41,081 bases of DNA from the IMG/VR virus record IMGVR_UViG_3300025875_000784, positions 1 to 41,081 of that record; one strand, 5' to 3'. Positions 16,268 to 25,140 of this stretch are shown here, piece by piece. The notes under the pieces are model-generated. The model saw only the letters and a list, made by a program, of their open reading frames with translations. It did no database searches and was not told the origin of the DNA. Position numbers and translations under genes: made by a program. Numbering within the stretch: the stretch's first letter is position 1; the number at the start of each line of letters is the position of its first letter. The DNA is from a virus. Its lineage: Duplodnaviria; Caudoviricetes.

Positions 16268-16666
16268 TCACTCGTACACGTACAGGGCGGTGAGGCGGAT
16301 CACCGTGCCTGCCGTGGGCAGGGCGCCGAAGGTGATGTCGATCGTGTCGCCAGCATCACCGTAGTTGTAGCCGAACGCTGTGGCAGCATTGGACCGCACC
16401 GGCGTGGTCACAGCAGTGCTCGTGATATACCGGTCAACGTCGTCGCCGTCACCGACTGCCACTGTGGCCGAAGCTGAGGCTGCGATGACCGTTTCCACCA
16501 CGCGAGCGCGCGGCGGGAGCGGGATCATCTGCACGACAGAGCCGTTGGCCTGACCGTTGGGAACCGTAAACTCGGAACAGGTTTCCATGATCTGGCCCGC
16601 CGAAATCGGCTGAGGCGCATACGGATTGGGGAACGGTTGCCCCGCGACAATTTTGAAGAAAGCCAT
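16268..16666 (-). CDS. Putative capsid decoration protein
   Basis: Beta-rich (LPPRARVV, VGDGDDVDRY); directly after the capsid gene. Confidence 0.6.
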   Translation of the reverse strand: MAFFKIVAGQPFPNPYAPQPISAGQIMETCSEFTVPNGQANGSVVQMIPLPPRARVVETVIAASASATVAVGDGDDVDRYITSTAVTTPVRSNAATAFGYNYGDAGDTIDITFGALPTAGTVIRLTALYVYE

Positions 16667-16693
16667 CGGGCTATCCTTTCAACAATGTGAGGT

Positions 16694-16719
16694 GAAAGGC
16701 GGGGCTCGATGTCCCCGCC
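16694..16719 (-). terminator. Terminator-like hairpin after the capsid gene
   Basis: ggcgggg-N8-ccccgcc-tttc. Confidence 0.5.
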
Positions 16720-16727
16720 CGATTGGC

Positions 16728-17897
16728 TTACTGGTCGTCAACCGAGGCAAAGAACCCGGTCACGATACCCCAATCCTTGAGCGGGGCCGACGTGCCGAAC
16801 TCGCGATCCTGGAACTGGATCTTGCCCATGCCGTAGCAGGTCTCGATCCCCCGACCGGTGACGAACCCGTAGTCGTCTTCCGCGCGCTGCGTGGGCTTGG
16901 GCAGTTGGCCCACGGCATAACCCAGAGCCTGACGGCCCATGACGAACACGGGGGTCACATTGATCCCCGCGGCGCCAGCACCTGCAATGGTGCAGAGGTC
17001 ATCAATTTCCGGGACTTCACGAACCATCATGCCGTTGAGGATGAGGTCGCCGTCCTGGAAGATCGGGTTGCTGTCCACGCCACGCGCGCGAGCTTCAAGA
17101 TTTGCCTTGACGACTTCCGGGTCCTGCGAGAAGTCCCGGAAAGCGTTGGTGCCGGCCGCCACGATGAAGTATTCGCGGCCGCCTTCGATTTGAACCGGGT
17201 GGATCTTCGGCTTCGCCTTTTTCGCAAGACGCTTGAGGGCGCGGATCGCCGTGCCAACCAATCGGTCATTGGTGGCGTCCACGTTCGCCAGAGACGCTGC
17301 ATGGTCGCCGGTGATCGTGTTGGTACGGGCGGCGCCGTACTGGATACGGTCGCGGTTCGCATCGTGCCAGGCGTTCCGCTGGGCGGTGGTCGCAAAGGGA
17401 TAATAGACGCCATTGACGTTCGCCACCTTGTTGCGCTGCTTGGGGGTGAGGCCGGTTCCCTGTGCAAGGGTGCTCTTTTCGCCGGTGACGGTCCAAAGAG
17501 CGCGGATCACGTCGTCGCGCAGGCGGTTGGCGGCGGTCTGGGTCAACGCGGGGCGGACTTCCTCGAGCTGGTCAGTGACCGAACGCCGCTGCTGCTTTTT
17601 GTTCAGCAGAACGGCATCGCGCCACCAGTCAATGCGGAGCGCATGCCCGTACTGCTTGAGGTCGTGTTCATTGCCGACGAGGGTCTGGTCGCCAACAACG
17701 CCGTCGGCATCAGGGAGGGCGGCAAGCGGGATGATGATTTCCTCGCCGTCGTCCTTCAGCTCGTAGAAGCGATGGATCACAGCGGCATCGCTGTTGCCCA
17801 TCAGGTCGGCAAAGAGGTTATCGCGCTGATAGTCGCGCCATACGGTCTTCCGCCACTTGCGGATGACCAAGTCGCTGGGAGGGGTGCTCACAGGCAT
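16728..17897 (-). CDS. Major capsid protein (DUF4043/N4-gp56-like)
   Basis: 389 aa after the scaffold; GDQTLVGNE, NPIFQDG, DYGFVTGRGI, KDWGIV motifs. Confidence 0.85.
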   Translation of the reverse strand: MPVSTPPSDLVIRKWRKTVWRDYQRDNLFADLMGNSDAAVIHRFYELKDDGEEIIIPLAALPDADGVVGDQTLVGNEHDLKQYGHALRIDWWRDAVLLNKKQQRRSVTDQLEEVRPALTQTAANRLRDDVIRALWTVTGEKSTLAQGTGLTPKQRNKVANVNGVYYPFATTAQRNAWHDANRDRIQYGAARTNTITGDHAASLANVDATNDRLVGTAIRALKRLAKKAKPKIHPVQIEGGREYFIVAAGTNAFRDFSQDPEVVKANLEARARGVDSNPIFQDGDLILNGMMVREVPEIDDLCTIAGAGAAGINVTPVFVMGRQALGYAVGQLPKPTQRAEDDYGFVTGRGIETCYGMGKIQFQDREFGTSAPLKDWGIVTGFFASVDDQ

Positions 17898-17900
17898 GGT

Positions 17901-18752
17901 TTAGGCCTTTCGTTTTGTGCCAAATGCCGGGGTCGCATTGAAGATGTCTTCTTCCGACTCAGTCCCAGATTGCGGACCCCCGGCATTGCCGTGCGCTTGG
18001 TTGAGGGACGGAAGAACTGTGATGCCCGGTGCAGACGCTTCAGGTTGGGCTGATGCAGCCGGTGGGGCTCCGCCATCGGCAGGGATGCCGTACTTCGCCT
18101 TGAACTCGGCCTCGAATTTCGAGCGCAGGGTCTGCTCCTGCACCTCAGGGGTGGACTTGTGCCACCTGACCATGTCGCCTACCGGGTCAATCGAGGACCG
18201 GAGGGACGCTGCAACATCTTCTTGCCGGAGCTGACCAGCCTCGACTGCCTGCCGCAAAGCCGTTTCGGCCGCTGTTACCGTCTCGGCACCAAACTCCCGC
18301 ACCGCTTCCCGATGGGAGAAGTGAAGGGTTTGGGTCACCATGCGCTGCTCAATCGGCGTAAGAGCCTTTTCCACCGTCGAGCTGGTGAACTTGCCGGGAT
18401 CTTCCCAATAGTTCGGGTCTTTCTCGGCAGGCTGTTGCGGCTGGGGCTGCGTGGCTGTGAGGCGGTCCAAAACCTGTTGCAACGTGCGCTGTTCGGCACG
18501 AATGCGTTCAAGTTCGGCACGTTCCGCCTTGCGGGCTTCGCGTTCCTGTCGAAGTGCAACCGTCAGGTCACCGCCGGGCTGGCGCTGGGCATCAGATTGA
18601 CCATCTGCAGGGGCTTGGCCTTCGACCGCGGCGCGGGCTTGAGCATCGGACGCACCGGGCTCGGCTGCAGCAGTTGCAGGCGGCTCGATTGTCGTCGTCT
18701 CGGGGCCGGAAGTCGCGGCTTCAAAGATGTCGTTTTCTTGGTCGGGAAGCAT
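17901..18752 (-). CDS. Scaffolding protein
   Basis: Acidic low-complexity N-terminus, ALRQEREARK coiled coil, directly upstream of capsid. Confidence 0.75.
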   Translation of the reverse strand: MLPDQENDIFEAATSGPETTTIEPPATAAAEPGASDAQARAAVEGQAPADGQSDAQRQPGGDLTVALRQEREARKAERAELERIRAEQRTLQQVLDRLTATQPQPQQPAEKDPNYWEDPGKFTSSTVEKALTPIEQRMVTQTLHFSHREAVREFGAETVTAAETALRQAVEAGQLRQEDVAASLRSSIDPVGDMVRWHKSTPEVQEQTLRSKFEAEFKAKYGIPADGGAPPAASAQPEASAPGITVLPSLNQAHGNAGGPQSGTESEEDIFNATPAFGTKRKA

Positions 18753-18866
18753 TCTACTGCACCTGTGCGTCGGTTGGCTTACGAATGCCCGTGGTCGGCC
18801 GGGCGAACGCCGAAAGCCCGGCTGATGCGCTCAGCAGGGGAAGCGAAACTGTGATGTCGGAAAGGA

Positions 18867-19505
18867 TCAGGCCTCGATAACGAGAACGTCCACGTCGATG
18901 CCGCTGACCGCGTCCAGAAGCGCGCCGCCAAGTGTCAAGAGAGAGGCCTTGGCGCGATACGTCTCGATCGTGCAGCCAGTCGTTGTTATGTTGAGCGCAA
19001 CGGCCTGGTTTGGTCGCCCTGACACCGAGCCGATAGCGGCAGGGATTACGCGCGGGGGCGTCGGGAATGGAGATCCGAACGTCAATGCGAAGTTGTTGCC
19101 CGGCAGCGTGGTCTTGACGTTGTGGTTTTCAATGCGCTTGGAAATATTGAAGTTGAAGGCCTGTGCTTTGGCCGTGATGTAGCCCGAAGCTGCGAGATAC
19201 ATGCCGATGGTGGGCTTGGTTCCTGACCCGCCCATCCAGTCGGCCACCTTAAGCAGGCTTCGCGTCCCGTCTTGCTCAGGGGTAAACACCGGGGTCCAGC
19301 CTGATGTGCCGTTGATGCGCTCGCTCGGCATCGGATCGGTGACATAACCACGGCCGGTGAGGTATTTGCCGTTGAGGCTTCCGGCTGGGACTTCCTGTGA
19401 GCCGAGAATTTGCAGGAATTGATTGCCGTCGAGCTCAGCAAGCTTGGTCACTGGCATCAGCACCGTGGCCGGTGATGAACGAAAGCCTCCACGCGATCCG
19501 GCCAT
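18867..19505 (-). CDS. Putative fiber/appendage-like virion protein
   Basis: GWTPVF...DG.R.LLKVADW.GG.GTKP motif reminiscent of fiber proteins; beta-rich C-terminus. Confidence 0.5.
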   Translation of the reverse strand: MAGSRGGFRSSPATVLMPVTKLAELDGNQFLQILGSQEVPAGSLNGKYLTGRGYVTDPMPSERINGTSGWTPVFTPEQDGTRSLLKVADWMGGSGTKPTIGMYLAASGYITAKAQAFNFNISKRIENHNVKTTLPGNNFALTFGSPFPTPPRVIPAAIGSVSGRPNQAVALNITTTGCTIETYRAKASLLTLGGALLDAVSGIDVDVLVIEA

Positions 19506-19509
19506 CTCG

Positions 19510-19764
19510 TCACCACTCAATAAAGGTCATGACGGGGGTACCTGACAAGGCGACCGCATAGATGGCGCCGTTATAGCGTTCGAACGTAAATGCCTCGCCT
19601 GGGCCAAGCAAATGCCCGGTCGTAGTGCCAACCGCCTGAAAATCACCGATATAGACGCTAATCGCCGCATCAGCATTCTTCACCTCGGCGAACACCCGGT
19701 TTGCTCTGGCCGGGAGGATTTCAAGCCCAGTGGTGCCGAGTGTCTTCTGTCCAGTTGTCGGCAT
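19510..19764 (-). CDS. Small beta-rich hypothetical protein
   Basis: 84 aa; GAGGAGAGG RBS; G.LLGPGE motif. Confidence 0.65.
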   Translation of the reverse strand: MPTTGQKTLGTTGLEILPARANRVFAEVKNADAAISVYIGDFQAVGTTTGHLLGPGEAFTFERYNGAIYAVALSGTPVMTFIEW

Positions 19765-19774
19765 TACCCTCTCC

Positions 19775-21718
19775 TCACACCATCGAAGCGCGGCCGGTCA
19801 GCGCGATTTCAGCGGCCAACTTGTCCGCCGCGTTCGTCATGCCAGCTTCTTCGGCCTGCGCAGCTTTTAGCGCGGCGGATGCCTCGGTTTCCTGCACCTT
19901 CGCCGCACCTTGGCGGAGCTGAATTTCCTCGCCTGCCAACTGCAATGGGTTCGGGGGCTGGGGTTGCGCCAGCTTGTCGTAGGCTTCCATGATCCTCTTC
20001 TTTTCCGCAGGAGGCAGATCGGTCAGGCTCATGATGACGCGGGATAGTTCCACCACGATCACCGGCGGGAGCGATGCCCCCGCACCGGACAGCGTGGAGG
20101 TGACAGCCATAAGCGCGTCTTGACGCAGCGTGACCGTGTCCGGCCCTTCATCGAGCACAAAATCAACCACCACCTTCGAAACCGGGTTCATTACCGCCCC
20201 TGTGGGCATGCCGAAGTCGTTGGTTTGCGGCTGGTTGATCGGGATAAAGCCCGGCTCGCCGGTTTCCTCGTCGCCCGTCACCCGGATGTAGCGCGGCGCC
20301 GTCCAGAACTTGCGGATCGCCTCCCATGCCAGGCTGTAAACCCGCAGCTTCATGGCGCGAATGCGGACGATGAACGGCCCTAATTCGGCAATCGCGGCTT
20401 GCTGCAGCAACGCAATGGCGCGGCCCGATTTGTTGTCGAGCCCCTGCCCTAAAAGGGCGGGGTTCACGCCGTAGTTCTCGATTTCCTGCTTGGCTTCCTC
20501 GAGCAACTGAACGTTGGCCATGCCCACGTCAGTGTTGCTGAGGATTTGCATCTTGCCCTTCTGGCCGTCAGGCAAGGCAATGATGCCGTCGGGCCGGTGC
20601 ATCTCACGACGCACTGCCTCCACGTCGGTTATTCGACCATCTTCGATCAGCAACCGCTGCGTATTGAACGCATGCAGCGCCTTGGACCGGCGATGGTTGA
20701 TTTCGTCCTGCGGGCCCTTCAGGTTCCGAATGAAGCCGTATCGATTGCCCAGCTCGTCCACATTGGCCGACTGCATGACGTACCGGCAGACCGATTGGCC
20801 CTTGCCATCCACAAACGGGCTTTCACCCGACTGCAGCTCGGTCGCGCCGGTATAGATCGACCACAACCATTGATTGCCTTCGCGGTACCAGAGTTCGATG
20901 ATCCGGATCTTCTTGAGGCTCGTGTCCCACCAAAGGTTTTCCTTGTCGGGATCAAGCGCCTCGGCATCACCAACGCCACCGGTGGAAAGAGTGTCGATGC
21001 TCTCCGTGATCGCCTGCCCTTGGTCGGGCATGAAGGCCATTGCCTCGTCGCGGCTCATCCACTTGGCAATGCCCATGTACCGGGCGTCCGAGAAGTCGGC
21101 TTGAAATGACCTCGGATCGTAGAAGAACCCGGACATGTTAACCGGTGCGAGGGTCGGGTCCATCGACCCATCGCCTGCGTCCTCTAGGCCCATTTCCCAA
21201 CCGCCGATGCCATCGACGGACAGGTCTTGGATCACGTCCGAGAGCTTGCTTTCCCACTGGCTGCTGTCCAGCACGAACCGCAAGCACTGCGAGGCAAGGT
21301 TGGCGCCCTCTTCGCCGTTCGGTGTCCGTGGGTATGCCTTCGGATCTTGGCGCAGGCGCTCCAACAACCCGATCACGCCGTTGATCTTCTTGGCGATGCG
21401 GTTGTAGACGATGTCCGGACGCTTCTCTTCCCGCAGCACGGCAAGCTCGGCATCGCTCCATTGTTTCGCGTGGTAGTATCGGCGGGCTTCTAACCGCTCC
21501 TCAATCTCCACAGTCTTCAGGTCCACGTAATCGCGGAGCATCTTGCGCTTGCCGTCCAGATCGACCGGATCGACCATCGGGCGAAAGCCGTTCGGCTCGC
21601 TCGGCGGGACATAGCCCTCAGCCTTGTCAGATGCAGGCGTTATGCCGGTTCGCACATCGTCGGGCGTCACAACACCAGGCGCGGGCAAGATCGGCTGTGC
21701 TGTGATTACCTTCGCCAT
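19775..21718 (-). CDS. Portal protein (P22-like)
   Basis: YYHAKQW, RP.IVYNRI, DFSDARY, QDEINHRRSK, SGRAI motifs; follows terL. Confidence 0.9.
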   Translation of the reverse strand: MAKVITAQPILPAPGVVTPDDVRTGITPASDKAEGYVPPSEPNGFRPMVDPVDLDGKRKMLRDYVDLKTVEIEERLEARRYYHAKQWSDAELAVLREEKRPDIVYNRIAKKINGVIGLLERLRQDPKAYPRTPNGEEGANLASQCLRFVLDSSQWESKLSDVIQDLSVDGIGGWEMGLEDAGDGSMDPTLAPVNMSGFFYDPRSFQADFSDARYMGIAKWMSRDEAMAFMPDQGQAITESIDTLSTGGVGDAEALDPDKENLWWDTSLKKIRIIELWYREGNQWLWSIYTGATELQSGESPFVDGKGQSVCRYVMQSANVDELGNRYGFIRNLKGPQDEINHRRSKALHAFNTQRLLIEDGRITDVEAVRREMHRPDGIIALPDGQKGKMQILSNTDVGMANVQLLEEAKQEIENYGVNPALLGQGLDNKSGRAIALLQQAAIAELGPFIVRIRAMKLRVYSLAWEAIRKFWTAPRYIRVTGDEETGEPGFIPINQPQTNDFGMPTGAVMNPVSKVVVDFVLDEGPDTVTLRQDALMAVTSTLSGAGASLPPVIVVELSRVIMSLTDLPPAEKKRIMEAYDKLAQPQPPNPLQLAGEEIQLRQGAAKVQETEASAALKAAQAEEAGMTNAADKLAAEIALTGRASMV

Positions 21719-23163
21719 TCGGGAACGGCCTTCCGAGTAGTCGATCGATAACCGGTTTCAGGTTTGGCCGGCTTGGCCGGTTCTCTCACCCACGGGCGAG
21801 ACATGCAGGCGTAGCGGGTTTCGTCCGCGATATGGTCTTCGGCCTTGGTGTCGAGGTCTTCGGCCTTCATCGGGTCGTGCTGCAGCGTCGGGACGGTGCG
21901 CAGGAAGTCCTTGCAGGTCGCGAGAACGTAGAGCATCGGCCGCTCCCCATCGCCGCGGATGCGCTGCCGCATCTCATCCCAACCGCCCATTGCTCCGGCC
22001 GTGGCCACGCGCTTGTTATCGGCAGGCTGAAAGTACACCCCGTTGCTGGCAAACACCTCAGAACGCGCCGGGCCGCCGTCCTCCGCAAAGATTGCAGGAT
22101 CGGCCACCGAATAGGTGATCTTGTCGCCGGCATCGGACCTCTTGATGCCCTCGGCAACTTCCTGCGTCGTGAGCTTCAGCCCTTTGTTGGCGGCGCTTGC
22201 TCCGTACCATTCACGATAGCGAAGCAGCGCACCACGCGGCATGCCCTGAACATCGTCACCGACGATGGCCCACCAGCCGACACTGAACGGCTTGGCAGAG
22301 CCCCAGTCGAAGGAGCGGAACCGCGTCCAATCCGCCGGGATCGGGAACGGGTCACGGACGTTCGCCTTGCCCCACTTGTCGAAGAACGCGCCCTCAATGG
22401 CGGTCCAGTCGCCCTCCAGCCACGCCCGGACCAGCGCCTCGGACCCGACCAGATGCAGCCGGTTCACATAATCCGGATCACCGTGCAGCAAGACCCGGTT
22501 GTCCGTGATGCGAGACGGGATTACCGCCATGCGATGCACGGCACCGTTGGACAGCACCCGCGCCACAACCTTCGGACCCGCAGGAAACGGGATCAGGTCA
22601 TACCGCTGCGCGATCCAGTGCTGCCCTGCGCCACCAGGATTGGCCGTGAGGATCAGTTGCACCGGCACGCCAGTAGCAGACCGCAGCACACCAAATAGCC
22701 GGTCAATGGGCGTCGGGTCAGGGTATTGCCCCGCCTCTTCAACCCATGCGTCCGTGACGTTGCGGCCCTGGTATTCCTCAGCGTCTTTGATGCTGTCGAG
22801 ATAGGCGAAGGCAACGCGCCCGCCGTTGGGCATGCGCCAGATCAGCTTGCTTTCGTTGAACTTGCCGCCGAGCGGCTTGAAGATGTCCTTGCTGCGCTCG
22901 ATAGCGTCTTCGCTCGACACCGTGGTCTTTCGGAACATGATGGCGTTGAACGCCGATCCGTACCGCTGCTCCTTTAGCGCCCATTTGCCGAGAACGCCGT
23001 CTGTCTTGCCACCGCCGCGGGCACCGCCGAAGAACACTTCGGACAGCGGGCAATCGATAAGTGCCTTCTGTGGCCTCGACTGCGGTCGCCAAACCGTCTT
23101 AATGAGCGGTTGCGTACTCGTCGGCCCATTCGTCGGCTGTAGGGAGGTCGCCGCTGACAACAT
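21706..23163 (-). CDS. terL: Terminase large subunit
   Basis: Walker A GGARGGGKT, Walker B WVEEAG, TANPGG, RSFDWG, EDHIADETRYA; start position uncertain. Confidence 0.95.
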   Translation of the reverse strand: MLSAATSLQPTNGPTSTQPLIKTVWRPQSRPQKALIDCPLSEVFFGGARGGGKTDGVLGKWALKEQRYGSAFNAIMFRKTTVSSEDAIERSKDIFKPLGGKFNESKLIWRMPNGGRVAFAYLDSIKDAEEYQGRNVTDAWVEEAGQYPDPTPIDRLFGVLRSATGVPVQLILTANPGGAGQHWIAQRYDLIPFPAGPKVVARVLSNGAVHRMAVIPSRITDNRVLLHGDPDYVNRLHLVGSEALVRAWLEGDWTAIEGAFFDKWGKANVRDPFPIPADWTRFRSFDWGSAKPFSVGWWAIVGDDVQGMPRGALLRYREWYGASAANKGLKLTTQEVAEGIKRSDAGDKITYSVADPAIFAEDGGPARSEVFASNGVYFQPADNKRVATAGAMGGWDEMRQRIRGDGERPMLYVLATCKDFLRTVPTLQHDPMKAEDLDTKAEDHIADETRYACMSRPWVREPAKPAKPETGYRSTTRKAVPEWRR

Positions 23164-23506
23164 GGTGCGTGTTGTTGCTTTCCGTCTTGTCGATCAGCAG
23201 GCCGTGGAGCTTTGCCTTGCCCAAACTGGCAGCCACCGCAGCACTGGCACCCTTCTCGTCGGCCATTGCCAACAGGCGAGCGGCTTCCAGTTCCTGAGTG
23301 ATGCTTTCGATGGTCACAAGCGTGCGTTCCGTGGCGCGGGACTGGATTTCTCCTACCCGCTTCATCACGCTTTCATTTGCTTTCATGCGGGTAGCGTTCC
23401 CCCTGTTGGGGGCATATCCGGCCTCGGCGTAGGCTTCGTCTGCTGTCTTTCCCTTGGCTAGGGCTTGGGCGAAAGCCTCATGGCGCGTGTTGGATAGTGC
23501 AGCCAT
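23099..23506 (-). CDS. terS: Terminase small subunit
   Basis: RHEAFAQAL..G...EAY..AGY HTH pattern, KAKLHGL; directly upstream of terL. Confidence 0.85.
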   Translation of the reverse strand: MAALSNTRHEAFAQALAKGKTADEAYAEAGYAPNRGNATRMKANESVMKRVGEIQSRATERTLVTIESITQELEAARLLAMADEKGASAAVAASLGKAKLHGLLIDKTESNNTHHVVSGDLPTADEWADEYATAH

Positions 23507-23547
23507 CGCGCAATTCCATTTCTACCGGCTCGGTGTTTGCTGCACGT

Positions 23548-23883
23548 TCATTCTACGCCGGCCCGGTTTTCGACGGCCTGCACTTCGCTCTCAATGGCCG
23601 CAATGTCGCGATGCTCGGCGCCAATGGCGGTGTTGTCGGCCCGTGAGGCTGCTACGAGCTCATCAAGCTTGAGCTGCAGGGAAAGCTCAAACCTGCGCTG
23701 TGAGGGCAAGAGCAGCGAGGTGAGGATGATCGCCAGTATGGACAGGAACAGCGTGAATGAGCCGTTATCTAGATAGCCCAGGTGTTGGGCGGCTATACCG
23801 GCAATGCAGATGCCGTTGAGAAGGATGAAGCCGGTTGGCTTGGATAGCCATTCAGCAAGGGCGTTGATGGGCTTGTCGAACAT
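23548..23883 (-). CDS. Small membrane protein, low-affinity iron permease (Fet4-like) family
   Basis: Two TM helices followed by SQRR...LQLKLDELVAA..ADN..IGAE, resembling the family Q.RD..A.Q.KLDEL motif. Confidence 0.65.
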   Translation of the reverse strand: MFDKPINALAEWLSKPTGFILLNGICIAGIAAQHLGYLDNGSFTLFLSILAIILTSLLLPSQRRFELSLQLKLDELVAASRADNTAIGAEHRDIAAIESEVQAVENRAGVE

Positions 23884-23893
23884 CAGCACCCCA

Positions 23894-23922
23894 GAAACGC
23901 GAAAGGCCCCCGTTAGGGAGCC
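23894..23922 (-). terminator. Terminator-like hairpin at the end of the late leader
   Basis: ggctccc-taac-gggggcc-tttcgcgtttc on minus strand. Confidence 0.55.
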
Positions 23923-23928
23923 GGAAGT

Positions 23929-24036
23929 TTTGAGGCGTAAGGGCAGCCACCGCCCCCGACGCTGGCCTAATCAAAGGCCGCCCTACATGATGGCTGTTGT
24001 GGGTCGCGTCACGCCCTCTCAGGCGCTCGCCTCAAA
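23929..24036 (-). ncRNA. Candidate structured late-leader RNA
   Basis: 9-bp closing stem tttgaggcg/cgcctcaaa enclosing several helices, some mutually exclusive. Confidence 0.45.
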
Positions 24037-24094
24037 CCAAGAACTTCGAGTAAGTTGTCTCGACGCGTTACGCCCAGCGTAACGTTGTATTTGC

Positions 24095-24125
24095 ATTTTT
24101 TGCCACAGATGCCACAGGGTGTCAA
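24095..24125 (-). promoter_or_regulatory. Putative late promoter (pR'-like)
   Basis: TTGACA at 24125-24120 overlapping the regulator stop codon; TGTGGCA direct repeat in the spacer; weak -10. Confidence 0.55.
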
Positions 24126-24652
24126 TCGGGTATTATGCCATTTGCTGCGACCCACGCATCGGTCAACGCCTCCCGGTATCGGCGGCGTGCAGTTTCGTCG
24201 CTTTGCCCTGTGTATTTCGCCATCAGGCCAAAGGAGAAATCGAACGAACGCCACCACAGGAACTGCCACTGCGACCTCTGGAGGTGCCTCGCCCACGATA
24301 GGGCCCGAAGATAATCGCTCACATCAAATGGAGAAGGCCGAAACCGAGGAGCAAGAACCTCTACTGAGGCGTAGGCGTCGATCTGGTCTTGTACGTGCTC
24401 TGGCATGCCGCTCTTCATGCCAAAGAACCGTCTCTCCCTGTCAGGCATAGCCCGCAGCGTCTTCATCGCCCGCATCAGACGGGTCTCCACTTCCTCGACC
24501 GTGAATACGCCGGTGTCAGTAGCAACCGGGCCAGGGACGCGCCTGCCGCCCTTTTTCAAGGTAAACGTGCCCGTCGCGATTGGCCTATCCTCAGGCATCA
24601 CCTGTCTGCCCGGCTCAGCCTTCTGGCGAGGGCGATTTTTCTTCTTGGCCAT
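24122..24652 (-). CDS. Putative late-gene regulator (DUF6362-like, Q position)
   Basis: TVEEVETRLMRAMKTLRAMP motif, C-terminal sigma region-4-like HTH; position before packaging genes. Confidence 0.65.
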   Translation of the reverse strand: MAKKKNRPRQKAEPGRQVMPEDRPIATGTFTLKKGGRRVPGPVATDTGVFTVEEVETRLMRAMKTLRAMPDRERRFFGMKSGMPEHVQDQIDAYASVEVLAPRFRPSPFDVSDYLRALSWARHLQRSQWQFLWWRSFDFSFGLMAKYTGQSDETARRRYREALTDAWVAANGIIPD

Positions 24653-24736
24653 GCGGACAGTGCCTTACAAAGAGAGGGGAAGGTGTTTGTTAGTATTGGG
24701 GTGCGATTTCGCACCCCTTAGCCGCCCTGCCATGCC

Positions 24737-24961
24737 CTATTCCTCCAGTGCTTCTGTGATGGATGGCCGTTGCGCCTTCGCTTTCTTGACAATGCGGCGC
24801 ATGGACACCTCATCGAGCCGATTGGACCGCATCCAGTGCAGGGCGTAACCGCGTTGCCTAGTAGTAAGCGTTTCCCAAAGGGCCATGTCCTCATCGCTGG
24901 GAAGGATCAAGGCCAACGGCTTTTGTAAAAGTTCAGGGTTTTGCCCCACCATGCCGGTCAC
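24737..24961 (-). CDS. Hypothetical protein
   Basis: GTG start overlapping upstream TGA; GGAG RBS. Confidence 0.5.
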   Translation of the reverse strand: MTGMVGQNPELLQKPLALILPSDEDMALWETLTTRQRGYALHWMRSNRLDEVSMRRIVKKAKAQRPSITEALEE

Positions 24962-25140
24962 TGTGCTTCTCCATCGGGGGTGCGGGTGGAGCTGTCCTTG
25001 ATTAATTCGTCCAGACGAAGCCGCTCCAGACAGTCGGTCCACCCATCTCGCTGCCCCTGCATCGCTCCCAAAAGCCAGCCGATACCGAACGACAGGATCG
25101 CGGCACTAAGACAAATCGCGATTACTTCTGCGGTGTTCAT
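24958..25140 (-). CDS. Small single-TM protein
   Basis: [27 protein letters not shown]; ATGA overlap. Confidence 0.6.
   Translation of the reverse strand: MNTAEVIAICLSAAILSFGIGWLLGAMQGQRDGWTDCLERLRLDELIKDSSTRTPDGEAQ

Noticed and set aside
16626-18053. Long plus-strand ORFs opposite structural genes (also 9945-10949, 12002-13255, 21832-22698, 31108-32088)
   Set aside because: Antisense shadows of well-supported genes in GC-rich DNA; no recognisable motifs
23099-23163. Non-canonical start or frameshift for terL
   Set aside because: An in-frame ATG exists at 23163 within terS, so no special mechanism is required
23929-24045. TPP riboswitch or hammerhead ribozyme
   Set aside because: Only isolated words match; no CCUGAU P4 strand or UAAU-type L5, and CUGAGAG is not the CUGANGA core with a matching GAAA
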